Shown: piece after piece, positions 31,145 through 41,237 of the stretch
Position numbering within the stretch: position 1 is the stretch's first letter
How the letters are laid out: each line of letters starts with the position of its first letter
Program-made: the position numbers and the translations under genes
The notes under the pieces: model-generated
Databases searched by the model: none
What the model was told of the DNA's origin: nothing
What the model saw: only the letters and a program-made list of their open reading frames with translations
Assembly (NCBI GenBank): GCA_964654465.1
Contig: CAZZIO010000065.1
Span: 123,986 to 187,985 of the forward strand
Direction of reading: 5' to 3'
From: an uncultured Dictyoglomota bacterium
GTDB taxonomy: Bacteria > Dictyoglomota > Dictyoglomia > Dictyoglomales > Dictyoglomaceae
Length of the DNA: 64,000 nt

Positions 31145-34100
31145 AATCACTGGAATAAATGTTCTAAAACCAAGAGCATACTTTATACCTTTTACAGAAT
31201 TAGAAAAAGCAAAAACTTATGAAAAAGGTTTAAGTATAGGATATAAACTCTTAAATGGAGTTTGGAAATTCATGTTTATTGAATCTCCAGAATATTCACC
31301 TAATAATTTCTGGACAGAAGAATTTGATGACACTAATTGGGATGAAATAATCGTACCATCACCCTGGGAAACTCAAGGTTACGATAAACCATACTATACA
31401 GATTTTCTTTACCTTTTCCCTATAAATCCACCTTATGTACCCACAAAAAATCCTTGTGGTATATATAGACGAAGATTTAATATCGACAAAAGTTGGTTGG
31501 AGAAAAGAATAATTTTAAGATTTCATGGTGTTTCTTCAGCTTTTAGTGTTTGGTTAAATGGAAAAGAAGTAGGATATAGTAAAGGGTCAAGATTAACTTC
31601 CGAATTTGATATAAGTCATGTTGTAAGAGAAAACGATAATTTAATTGTAGTTAGAGTATATAAATGGTCAGATTCAAGTTATTTAGAGGATCAGGATATG
31701 TGGAAACTTGGGGGAATCACAAGAGATGTAGAATTAATAGTTGAACCTGAGGATGGAATTTATGATTATTTTGTAATTCCGTATCTTGATGAAGATTATT
31801 CAAAAGGATCTTTAAATTTGAAAATTGAATTTAATAAAATTTTAGAAGACTATAAATTAAAGACAATATTAATGGATGAGGAGGAAATAATAATATCAGA
31901 AAATATATATGAGTTCTCAAAAAACAACTCTTTAGAATTAACCATAGGCAACCTTAAGATTAAAAAATGGTCAGATGAAGAACCATATCTTTATGATTTA
32001 TTTATAGTCTTAGAAAAAGATGAAAAAGTTATAGAAGTAATTCCCCAAAAAGTAGGATTCAGAAAAATAGAAATAAAAGGAAATACCTTCACTTTGAACG
32101 GCAAAAAAATTAAATTAAAAGGAATAAATAGACATGAATTTCATCCTAAATTAGGATACTATACTCCTAAAGAAGTAGTAGAAAAAGACATAAAAATCCT
32201 TAAGCAACACAATTTTAATGCTATAAGAACGTCTCATTATCCAAATTCTCCATATTTTTATGATCTATGTGATAAATATGGAATTTATGTTATTGCTGAA
32301 TGTGATTTAGAAACCCATGGATTTGAAATAATAAACAAATACAATTTCATCAGCAATAATCCAGAATGGAGATTATCCTTCGAAAATAGAATTGAAAGAA
32401 CAGTACAAAGAGATAAGAACCACCCATCCATAATAATGTGGTCCTTAGGTAATGAATCTTCTTTTGGAGACAATTTTATTTATGCAGCCCAAAAGATAAA
32501 AAGTATTGATAAATCTCGCTTAATCCATTATGAGGGAGATAAAGATGCCAAAATTGTAGATATATATTCTACAATGTATACATGGATAGAACCAGAAAAC
32601 TCCAATAGATCTCTTAAAGAAATAATTGAAAACACTAAGAAACCCTATATTCTTTGTGAATATGCACATGCTATGGGTACTGGTCCTGGAGGCCTAAAAG
32701 AATATGAAGAATTCATGGAAAATTATGATAATTTTCAGGGTGCATTTATTTGGGAATACTGCGATCATGGCCTATTAATAAAGAACAACGAAAATTTTAT
32801 CTTTGGTGGGGATTTTCCAGAGGATTCAAATTTCTGTATTGATGGTCTCCTATTTCCTGATAGGAGTATTAAGCCAGGACTCTTAGAAGCTAAAAATGTA
32901 TTTTCTCCAATCAAAATTAAACCTAAAGATTTAAACAAAGGGGAATTTATAGTAAAAAACTTATACTATTTTTCAGACCTATCAAACATTACCCTATCTG
33001 TAGAAATTTTTAGTTTAAACAAGATCCTATTTAATAAAACCATAAATAGTCTTAATATTGATCCTCAAGAAGAAAAAACCATAGTGATAGATGATATTCC
33101 ACAAATACTTAAAAATTACAATGAAGAGATCTTTATAAACTTCGTCTTTCAACTTAAAGAAAATACAATTTGGGCACATAAAGGTCATGTTATCTCCTAT
33201 TATCAATTTAAACTAAAAGAAAATAACAACACAAAACGTAAAATTATGACACCTAAAGATTATTCTATGGAAGAAAATGAACAATATATTACTATAAAAG
33301 GAGAAGATTTCAACATAAAATTCGATAAAGTAAATGCTAAATTAACTGATGGTTACAAAAATAGTTTCAAGTTACTATACAAGGGACCCTTTTTTAATTT
33401 ATGGAGAGCTCCAATAGATAATGATAGAAATATAGTAAAAGATTATATCGAGAAATACAGACTACCATTTTTACAAGAGAGAATCGATAAAGTAAACATT
33501 ACACCCCACAAAAGTTTTGTTGAAGTTTACGTAACTGCTACATATGGAACTTTAAATTCATCATGGTTATACATTTTAGAATATAAATATCTTATAATTC
33601 CGGATGGGAATATATATATAAAAATAAAAGGAAATACAGAGGGGGACAAGCATTTAGCACCTACAATGCTTCCTAAAATAGGCTTTAAATGGTACTTAGA
33701 CAAAAATCTTGAAAAGGTATTATGGTATGGTAGAGGCCCTGAAATAAATTATCCAGATATGAAAGAAAGCTCTATAATAGGCATATATGAAAAAAATATA
33801 AATGACCTAATAATAAAATATATTAAACCTCAAGACGCCGGGAATAGAGAAGAATGCAGATTTGTAAGCCTAACAAATGAATTAGGATTTGGATTATTTG
33901 CTGGTTCAAAAACACCTTTTAGCTTTAGTGCATACTATTATGAAGATGAAGATTTACAAAAAACTAAATATTTTCATGAACTCCAAAAACGTAATTACAT
34001 TGTTTTCAATACCGATTATAAACAAAATGCTTTAGGCAGCAATTCTTGTGGTCAAAATCAACTCAAAAAGTATAGATGTATATTTGAAAATTTTGAATTT

Positions 34101-34187
34101 AGTATATTGATATCCTTATTTAACAAGTACGAAATATCTGAAAAATCTAAATATCTTAATGATGTATTAATAGAGAATGAATGTTAA
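31122..34187 (+). CDS. GH2 beta-galactosidase, EbgA-like
   Basis: 1021 aa; YLEDQDMW, GINRHE, IRTSHYP, WSLGNES (acid/base), HYEGD, CEYAHAMG (nucleophile), LGSNSCG. Confidence 0.9.
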   Translation: MKLWENYKITGINVLKPRAYFIPFTELEKAKTYEKGLSIGYKLLNGVWKFMFIESPEYSPNNFWTEEFDDTNWDEIIVPSPWETQGYDKPYYTDFLYLFPINPPYVPTKNPCGIYRRRFNIDKSWLEKRIILRFHGVSSAFSVWLNGKEVGYSKGSRLTSEFDISHVVRENDNLIVVRVYKWSDSSYLEDQDMWKLGGITRDVELIVEPEDGIYDYFVIPYLDEDYSKGSLNLKIEFNKILEDYKLKTILMDEEEIIISENIYEFSKNNSLELTIGNLKIKKWSDEEPYLYDLFIVLEKDEKVIEVIPQKVGFRKIEIKGNTFTLNGKKIKLKGINRHEFHPKLGYYTPKEVVEKDIKILKQHNFNAIRTSHYPNSPYFYDLCDKYGIYVIAECDLETHGFEIINKYNFISNNPEWRLSFENRIERTVQRDKNHPSIIMWSLGNESSFGDNFIYAAQKIKSIDKSRLIHYEGDKDAKIVDIYSTMYTWIEPENSNRSLKEIIENTKKPYILCEYAHAMGTGPGGLKEYEEFMENYDNFQGAFIWEYCDHGLLIKNNENFIFGGDFPEDSNFCIDGLLFPDRSIKPGLLEAKNVFSPIKIKPKDLNKGEFIVKNLYYFSDLSNITLSVEIFSLNKILFNKTINSLNIDPQEEKTIVIDDIPQILKNYNEEIFINFVFQLKENTIWAHKGHVISYYQFKLKENNNTKRKIMTPKDYSMEENEQYITIKGEDFNIKFDKVNAKLTDGYKNSFKLLYKGPFFNLWRAPIDNDRNIVKDYIEKYRLPFLQERIDKVNITPHKSFVEVYVTATYGTLNSSWLYILEYKYLIIPDGNIYIKIKGNTEGDKHLAPTMLPKIGFKWYLDKNLEKVLWYGRGPEINYPDMKESSIIGIYEKNINDLIIKYIKPQDAGNREECRFVSLTNELGFGLFAGSKTPFSFSAYYYEDEDLQKTKYFHELQKRNYIVFNTDYKQNALGSNSCGQNQLKKYRCIFENFEFSILISLFNKYEISEKSKYLNDVLIENEC

Positions 34188-35034
34188 GGTATTAGCAATT
34201 ATATTATTATTTCTATCTTCAATAATATGGGGAGGGGGATTTGTCGCAGTAAAAAATTGTACTCTTTATTTATCTTCTTCTTATATTATCTTTCTTAGAT
34301 TCTCTATTGCATCTTTACTGCTATTTTTCATTTATTACAAAAGATTAATAAACACAGATCTTTTCTCAATTATTAAAGGCTTTATATTAGGAACCTTTTT
34401 ATTTTTAGCTTTTTGGCTACAAACAGAAGGAATAAAATTCACAACTCCTGGCAGAAATGCTTTCTTCACAAGTACAAATGTCATAATAGTCCCTTTTTTA
34501 TATTGGCCCCTAAGTAATAAAAAACCATCCCTAATTCATATTATAAGTGCCTTTATTTCCCTATTAGGAGTTCTTCTGCTCTTTTATAACGGTGAAAGAT
34601 GGAATATAAATACAGGTGATATTCTCAGTCTATTTTGTGCCTTATTTTTTGCTCTACACATTATATACACTAAAAAATTTGTGAGTACCATAGATCCAAT
34701 TTCTTTAACTTTTTACCAATTCTTATCTATATCATTATTATCTTTATTCACAATCATATTATACAAAGAATCATTAAGCATAATAATAGACAAAACTTTT
34801 ATAATATCTTTAACTTACATTTCACTATTAAGTACTTTTATAGCTTATATTTTTCAAACCCTATCTCAAAAATACTTACACCCTAGTGTTGTTTCAATAA
34901 TACTTAGTACAGAATCAGTATTTGGTTATTTCTTCTCCCATATTATTTTAGGAGAAGAAATTACTGTAAATACCATATTAGGTGGATTGTTGATTTTTAT
35001 AAGTGTAATGATTGCCTCCTCAAAAGAGCCTTAG
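34177..35034 (+). CDS. DMT/EamA-family transporter
   Basis: IWGGGF, LRF, GDILSL, STESVFG, ILGE; overlaps the GH2 stop. Confidence 0.88.
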   Translation: MNVKVLAIILLFLSSIIWGGGFVAVKNCTLYLSSSYIIFLRFSIASLLLFFIYYKRLINTDLFSIIKGFILGTFLFLAFWLQTEGIKFTTPGRNAFFTSTNVIIVPFLYWPLSNKKPSLIHIISAFISLLGVLLLFYNGERWNINTGDILSLFCALFFALHIIYTKKFVSTIDPISLTFYQFLSISLLSLFTIILYKESLSIIIDKTFIISLTYISLLSTFIAYIFQTLSQKYLHPSVVSIILSTESVFGYFFSHIILGEEITVNTILGGLLIFISVMIASSKEP

Positions 35035-35036
35035 AG

Positions 35037-36008
35037 CTAATAGAATATCTTAACAAGTTTCTTTTTTAAAGCAGAATCATACCAAGCAGAAATCACCTTC
35101 ATATCCTTTAACCCTTCAAATCCCGATGTTTTGGGATCCCTTTTATTCAAAATAGCATCCTCCATATCCTTTATTTCTGCCACATATTGATTCTCTCCAT
35201 AAAAAGTATAAAGGGTAAAGTTGTTTTCTTTTCTTAAAATAACTTTACCATCGTATTCCTGATAAAGAGTATCTAACACATATAAAATTCCATCTCTACC
35301 CCTTATCTCAAAAGATACAGAAAGAGAAGTATCATAACTTGCATCCATGAGTACTAAAACCCCATCATCAAACTTTGCTACTGCTCCAGCATTTTGCTCT
35401 ACTTCATACCCATAATTATCATTAATCGCACATATCTCAACGATTTTATTATTAGGTCTAAAAAAATGTAAAGTGTTAATTACATGAACCCCAATATCCA
35501 TAACAGCTCCTCCACCTGCAAGTTTAAGATCATATCTCCACTTATCTCTATTTAAGTTAACAAAGGAAAAACTTGCTTTTACTATTCCAAGTTTTCCCAC
35601 AATATTATCTTCTAAAAGTTTTTTTGCACCTATATTATAAGGATTAAATCTACCCATGTTAGCTATTCCAAGAACTACTTTATTTTTTTCACAAGCTCTT
35701 ATCATTTCCTCTGCTTCTTCCACATTCATAGCCATAGGTTTCTCACAAAGAACATGAATACCCTTCTCCGCACATTTTATCGTTTGTTCTTTATGAAATT
35801 TGTTAGGAGTAGCTATATATACCACATCCACATCTTCTAAATCCTCAATTCTTTCGTAAATTTTAGCCCCGTATTTTTCAGCTAAATCTCTTGCCTTTTC
35901 AGAATTTGTTGTAACTATCGCAGTAAGCTTAGCACCCATTACCTCTTCAAGAGCCGGGAGAAATCTATCCCTTACAATCTGTCCAGTACCAATTACTGCC
36001 CATCTCAT
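35037..36008 (-). CDS. Gfo/Idh/MocA-family oxidoreductase
   Basis: IGTGQI, YIATPN..H, VLCEKPMA, GGGAVMDIGVH. Confidence 0.92.
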   Translation of the reverse strand: MRWAVIGTGQIVRDRFLPALEEVMGAKLTAIVTTNSEKARDLAEKYGAKIYERIEDLEDVDVVYIATPNKFHKEQTIKCAEKGIHVLCEKPMAMNVEEAEEMIRACEKNKVVLGIANMGRFNPYNIGAKKLLEDNIVGKLGIVKASFSFVNLNRDKWRYDLKLAGGGAVMDIGVHVINTLHFFRPNNKIVEICAINDNYGYEVEQNAGAVAKFDDGVLVLMDASYDTSLSVSFEIRGRDGILYVLDTLYQEYDGKVILRKENNFTLYTFYGENQYVAEIKDMEDAILNKRDPKTSGFEGLKDMKVISAWYDSALKKKLVKIFY

Positions 36009-36020
36009 AATCTTTACCTC

Positions 36021-37007
36021 CTATGTATGGAATTCTAAAATATCTTCATCTTTTACTTGATAATTTTTCTCCACTGGAATTCCCTTTACACTACCATCTC
36101 TTGTATAAAGTTTTGCATATTTTAAATTTTTGGCTATATCTTTATGAATTAATTCAGCCACATCAAGCACTTTTGCTCCCTTCTCTAAAATATATGGATG
36201 TTGCAAATCTGGAGGATATCCGGGCTTTTTAGTATAGACTCTTACTACTTCTAAAGCATTAAATATCTCTCTCTTTGCTTCTTCCATATTAATTCCTTTC
36301 TCAGCAGAGATTAAGCACAACTTTAAATCGTCCTTTAATATACTAACATCTTCTTTTAATTCAGAAGGATCCAATAGATCAATTTTATTTATCAAAATCA
36401 TTCCTCTAACCTCTTTTATAGGTGAATAAGGATCTTTACTAGGATTCTCAGAGACCAATTTAATCTTCCTATTCTGCAGCATTTCTTTAATCTTAACATA
36501 TTCCTCTAAAATAGAACCTTGATCTGGGGAGAGAAAAATTAAGGTCAAATCTGAATTTCTTATAAGATTATACATCCATGAATCTGAATTTTCCCAAAAG
36601 GGCGGAAGATCTATAAGCTGAATTTGTATGTTTTCAAAAGGCATCATACCTACCACAGGATAAATAGTAGAAAAGGGGTAATCTGCCACAAAGCTTTGTA
36701 CTCCTGTAAGAAGACTAAAAAACAAAGATTTTCCAGTATTAGGTGGACCTATTATAACAACCTGCCCTGCTCCTTCTTTTTCTATATAATCCCATGATCT
36801 ACCACCACCTTTTTTTGACCTTTTTTCAGCTTCCTCCATAAGTTGAGAGAGTTTTCTTCTTAAATCTGCCTTCATTTTATCTGTACCTTTATGCTTTGGT
36901 AAAATAGCAAGCATCTCCTTAAGAGCTTGAATCTTATCCTCTATAGTTTTAGCTTCCCTAAATCTCTTTTCAGCCTCAAAATATTGTGGAGGAAGATTAG
37001 CAGGCAT
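36021..37007 (-). CDS. DRG/OBG-like GTPase with C-terminal TGS domain
   Basis: MPANLPPQY start (ATG 37007), PKHKGT, G1 GPPNTGKS, G2 YPFST, G3-like DLPP, G4 NKID, RVYTK.PG, TGS 'IHKD...DEDILEFH'. Confidence 0.85.
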   Translation of the reverse strand: MPANLPPQYFEAEKRFREAKTIEDKIQALKEMLAILPKHKGTDKMKADLRRKLSQLMEEAEKRSKKGGGRSWDYIEKEGAGQVVIIGPPNTGKSLFFSLLTGVQSFVADYPFSTIYPVVGMMPFENIQIQLIDLPPFWENSDSWMYNLIRNSDLTLIFLSPDQGSILEEYVKIKEMLQNRKIKLVSENPSKDPYSPIKEVRGMILINKIDLLDPSELKEDVSILKDDLKLCLISAEKGINMEEAKREIFNALEVVRVYTKKPGYPPDLQHPYILEKGAKVLDVAELIHKDIAKNLKYAKLYTRDGSVKGIPVEKNYQVKDEDILEFHT

Positions 37008-37229
37008 ATGGATTACACCCCTTTTGCTTATTATACTTAAAAAATTATACACCAAAAAATTTCTTTTTTATATATAAAATGATATAATTAAAAATAAATT
37101 CTAATTAATTCTTTTGATAAAAACTGAACTAATTAGAAAATTTTTCCCTAAGGAGGCGATTCTATCTTTAGATTCTTCTTTTTTCTAAATTATCCTATTT
37201 TAAAAAATTTAAACGGAGGTAACCAATCA

Positions 37230-38390
37230 GTGAAGAAAATTATAATATGGCCAATAATTTTAATTCTCAGTATCTTTCTCTCTGGATGTAATCCACCACC
37301 AGAGAATCCATTGTTAGGAAGTTCAACTATCCAAGGAAATGTCTATTATTTTGATAAACCTGAGAATCAATCAAATAATATAAAAGTAAATCTAATACCG
37401 CAAACAGAAGATTCACCCCTGAATATAAATAATACCTACGTAGTTACAGGAAATAGTGGATCATATAAATTTCAAAATATACCAGCAGGTACTTACCTTA
37501 TTTTAGCACAAGATATAGATAAAAATTATCAACCAGCCAACGTAATAGTGGAAGTCGCTGACAATCAAACTATTACTGCTGAAACAATGATATTAACCAA
37601 GGTTATAAAACACATAGTAATATTTAGAGAAACAGAAACAGGATGGTCAAATGCAGGAATTCCCTCTTCAGTAATAGGTGATATATTAACAACAGAAATT
37701 GGAATGACGGAAGGAACAAGTCAAAACCAGTTTGAATATAGAAGTATAAGAGATCAAAATCCAAACCTAAACTTAAATATAGGAGACCTAATAATTATTG
37801 AAGGCGATCAGCCTCAGGACTTCTATGACTTCTATACAAACAATATAGAAACCTTTAACAATTTCATAGCAAATGGTGGCACAATTTTTTGGATAGCATG
37901 TGATAATGGTTGGGCGTATGGAAACTATACTTCTCATCTTCCTGGAGGTGTTACTTGGAGGGATGCCTACGATTCCTACAATAACTTAGTATATTTTGAA
38001 CATCCTATTACTAAAAATTTCCCAGAACAACTATACGGAAATTATGCAAGTCATGGTGGATTTGATAATTTAGATACCGCTAATATCGCTAACTTAATGA
38101 TTTACATAAAAGAAAAAACAGGAGATGGTGTTAATACTTTTCCTACATATATAGAATATAGATATAATAAAGGTAGAGTTTTAGCTACCACAGCACCCTT
38201 AGAATGGTATGTAACAAATGGACCAACAGAAATTCCTGAAGGATTTAATACAACTTATAAAGACTTATTTAAACTAATGTTAGTAAGATCTTTGAGATAT
38301 ATCATGAATTTAAACGTAAGTCCTGATATCCCAATTTCTGAAACTATAAATGTTCAAATTCTAAAAGTAAATGGAGTTTCTCATAAGTAG
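37230..38390 (+). CDS. Lipoprotein with an Ig/transthyretin-like N-domain and a class-I glutamine-amidotransferase-like C-domain
   Basis: LSGC lipobox; 'TIQGNV...TGNSGSYKFQNIPAGTYLI' beta-sandwich; 'FIANGGTIF', 'HPI', 'YNKGRVLATT'; GTG start after GGAGGT. Confidence 0.6.
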   Translation: MKKIIIWPIILILSIFLSGCNPPPENPLLGSSTIQGNVYYFDKPENQSNNIKVNLIPQTEDSPLNINNTYVVTGNSGSYKFQNIPAGTYLILAQDIDKNYQPANVIVEVADNQTITAETMILTKVIKHIVIFRETETGWSNAGIPSSVIGDILTTEIGMTEGTSQNQFEYRSIRDQNPNLNLNIGDLIIIEGDQPQDFYDFYTNNIETFNNFIANGGTIFWIACDNGWAYGNYTSHLPGGVTWRDAYDSYNNLVYFEHPITKNFPEQLYGNYASHGGFDNLDTANIANLMIYIKEKTGDGVNTFPTYIEYRYNKGRVLATTAPLEWYVTNGPTEIPEGFNTTYKDLFKLMLVRSLRYIMNLNVSPDIPISETINVQILKVNGVSHK

Positions 38391-38406
38391 ATCATAAAAC
38401 ATATCA

Positions 38407-38436
38407 AATAGGGGAGGGAGTTTGCCCTCCCCTATT
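38407..38436. terminator. Bidirectional terminator
   Basis: AATAGGGGAGGG-6 nt-CCCTCCCCTATT perfect 12-bp stem between convergent genes. Confidence 0.8.
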
Positions 38437-38441
38437 AAATT

Positions 38442-41237
38442 TCAAAAACCAATCGTTATATAATAGTATAAATTTCCAGATTCATTAGGGTTAGGAGTTC
38501 CTTGCCATACAGGGAAAGCATATCCTATGTTTAAAGAAAAGGGAATTTCAGCAACAGTAGTAAATCCATATTTAATTTCAAAACCAAGGCCTAACTTTAA
38601 ATTATTCAATGAAACAACATTTATATCATCACATATCCCACCAAATTCCAAGAAAGTATTGAAATCTAAATTCCTCAATATAAACAGGTTAAAGTATTTT
38701 TTCTCTTGATCCCTAAGTATAGGTAAATCCCAATTAGCCAAAATTCTTAATTTAAATTTTCCTAAGTATTCATCTGTTAAAGATTTAAAATCAGAAAGAG
38801 ACAACATCTCTTCATAATCTGGATTCCCATTGATATAACCCACTATTCCATCCAAACTCAAATAACTCTGAGGAAAAACTAAAAAATACTTATTAAAACC
38901 AGCTTGAATCCTATAAAAACTAAATCCAGTAGAAGAAAACGCCAATCTTAAATCAACATTACTTAAAAGTGCTCTTGAATAATAATCAGCAAATCTTTGA
39001 ATCCCAAAATCGACATATAATTTATTATTAAGCATTTGATTATATAACAAGGAAAAGTTTAAGACATAGGCTTTATCCCAATAATTTCCACTTATACCAA
39101 TATCAAATTTCCTCCATATATTTTTTGTATATGATATACCACCAGCTATCACATTAGGATCCATATACCATAACTGGAATAAAAAGGAATCATCTTTGGG
39201 AAGATTATAGATATAAGATAAACTAAATCCCTTGTAATCTTCTCCATAAAAACCTTCAAGAGATAGATTAAAATTCATAGGGTCATAAATTTCCAAATTA
39301 TATGATGCATAATTTATCTTCCCTGTAGAAAGATCAATACTAAAAGACGGAACAGTGTTATAATAAACCACATATGCATCTAAAGAGGCTCTCCTCTTGG
39401 AAGTATAGATAATCTTCCTTGGATACCAATTATTAACTCTATTTGCATCTGGAATCTTAGAATCTGGATCAATTACTGCATACTTAAATGAACCTTCTAA
39501 CAGTACATCTACAAAACCTGCTTCACCATCATACTCAACTCTTACAACTCCTGAACATATATCCCTTGAATTTACACTTTTTTCTCCCACTACTTCCAAT
39601 TGCAAAGGCATATTTATATTACCATTATTTTTGATATATATTCTTACAAAATTCTTACCATCTTTATTAATATTCTCTACCCTATATATCTCATAGTCCA
39701 CCTTTCCTTTAGAGTAAAACCAATCCTTAAAAAACTTATCACAATCTAACCCAAACTTATTTTTTAAGTAATTCTCTATTTCTGTAGTCTCCAAAATTTT
39801 GTACTTATAATCACTATACAATTCCCTTATTATTTCATCAAATTTTTCCTCTCCAACTTCAAAAGCTAAAGCCCTTAAAGCAAGATAACTCTTATTATAT
39901 ACCTTAGTACTATAACCATTTAAATAACTGTTCCAATAATCTTTAACTATTTCTTCATCCCATCCATCTTTTAAATACATTAAATATGGAAGTTCTGAAT
40001 TCCACTCTCTTAAATTAAGTTCTCCAAAAACGTAATCTTTTAGAAGTTGTAAAAAGTAATCATCTCCTAAATCAGGAAATAGATTTCCACCTTTTGCCCC
40101 ATACTTCCTTTCAAAATATGTAATAGAAAGATATTCAGCAAAACCTTCTGATATCCAATTTTCTTTATTTAAATCCATACCTATACCTATTCCCCACCAA
40201 AGATGAGCAAATTCATGAGCAATTAAATATTCTAAAAGTCTCTCCCAAAGGTAAGGAGTAATAAGATCTGATGAATAAAAAGCTGTATTACCTAAAATCA
40301 CAAAACCATCAGCAGCCATTCCCCAAAAATTATTTATTTGCCCTTCAATTATATTAATTCTCCTATGTTCAGAACTTCCATAAACCTTAGAATAATAATC
40401 ATAAACTTCTCTCGCAAAAGATGCTAAAATCCTTGCTTTATATTCTCTCCCAGGATAAAAGTACACGTATATTTCAGGGAATCTTCCATCTGCCAATCTA
40501 TATACTTGATAATCTGGACTTATTGCAATAGGTAAGGATCTCCTTGGGCTATCATTTACCCCAATTACTCTTTTCCAATTTCCCTCTACTTCTTCTCTTA
40601 CTTCATCCATACCTACTGCAACTTTGTATTCTTTTGGCACTAAGAGTTCAAGATAAAAATTACTTGAAACAAGTCTACCTCCTTTGTCCCATTCATCCTT
40701 TACATAAGGAATCTCATATGGAAACCACCCAAATCTCCATACAAAAGCATTTTTACAAAAAGCCATATCTCCTGCATAGGACTCTGGAAACTTGGTAGAA
40801 AAATATATAATTAAACCATAAGATTCTCCAGGACTGAGTTTCTCAGGAAGTATTACCTTCAAATAGTTATCCTTTAATGAATAATTTTGAAGAAGAACCT
40901 TTCCATTTTCTAAGGTATAACTTATATCCTTTCCTGAAAGATCGGTAACCCTTGATATATTAGTAAAACCTGGATCAAATCCCCTCACATACCCTGAATC
41001 CTGTAATATTGGGTGAAGATACGGATTTCTTTCCTTCAGAAGATTAGCAGGAAGATAAAAGTAAATCTCTGAAAGCTCTTTTTCAGTATTATTCACGTAA
41101 TTTACTTCTACTTTTCCACTAATAATTCTTTCCTTAGGTGAAAGCTGAGCAAATACTTTGTAGCTGGATACATCAGCAAAAGATATTGATGAAATATAAA
41201 AAATTAAAATAAAGATTCCCAATAAGTATTTCCTCAT
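38442..41237 (-). CDS. Exported M1-family (gluzincin) metallopeptidase with C-terminal beta-barrel-like domain
   Basis: Signal peptide; HEFAH-x18-E (ISEGFAEY); VYNKS; FFKDW; IDPD..PD.NR.NN; last ~320 aa made of amphipathic beta-strands ending YYYITIGF. Confidence 0.8.
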   Translation of the reverse strand: MRKYLLGIFILIFYISSISFADVSSYKVFAQLSPKERIISGKVEVNYVNNTEKELSEIYFYLPANLLKERNPYLHPILQDSGYVRGFDPGFTNISRVTDLSGKDISYTLENGKVLLQNYSLKDNYLKVILPEKLSPGESYGLIIYFSTKFPESYAGDMAFCKNAFVWRFGWFPYEIPYVKDEWDKGGRLVSSNFYLELLVPKEYKVAVGMDEVREEVEGNWKRVIGVNDSPRRSLPIAISPDYQVYRLADGRFPEIYVYFYPGREYKARILASFAREVYDYYSKVYGSSEHRRINIIEGQINNFWGMAADGFVILGNTAFYSSDLITPYLWERLLEYLIAHEFAHLWWGIGIGMDLNKENWISEGFAEYLSITYFERKYGAKGGNLFPDLGDDYFLQLLKDYVFGELNLREWNSELPYLMYLKDGWDEEIVKDYWNSYLNGYSTKVYNKSYLALRALAFEVGEEKFDEIIRELYSDYKYKILETTEIENYLKNKFGLDCDKFFKDWFYSKGKVDYEIYRVENINKDGKNFVRIYIKNNGNINMPLQLEVVGEKSVNSRDICSGVVRVEYDGEAGFVDVLLEGSFKYAVIDPDSKIPDANRVNNWYPRKIIYTSKRRASLDAYVVYYNTVPSFSIDLSTGKINYASYNLEIYDPMNFNLSLEGFYGEDYKGFSLSYIYNLPKDDSFLFQLWYMDPNVIAGGISYTKNIWRKFDIGISGNYWDKAYVLNFSLLYNQMLNNKLYVDFGIQRFADYYSRALLSNVDLRLAFSSTGFSFYRIQAGFNKYFLVFPQSYLSLDGIVGYINGNPDYEEMLSLSDFKSLTDEYLGKFKLRILANWDLPILRDQEKKYFNLFILRNLDFNTFLEFGGICDDINVVSLNNLKLGLGFEIKYGFTTVAEIPFSLNIGYAFPVWQGTPNPNESGNLYYYITIGF

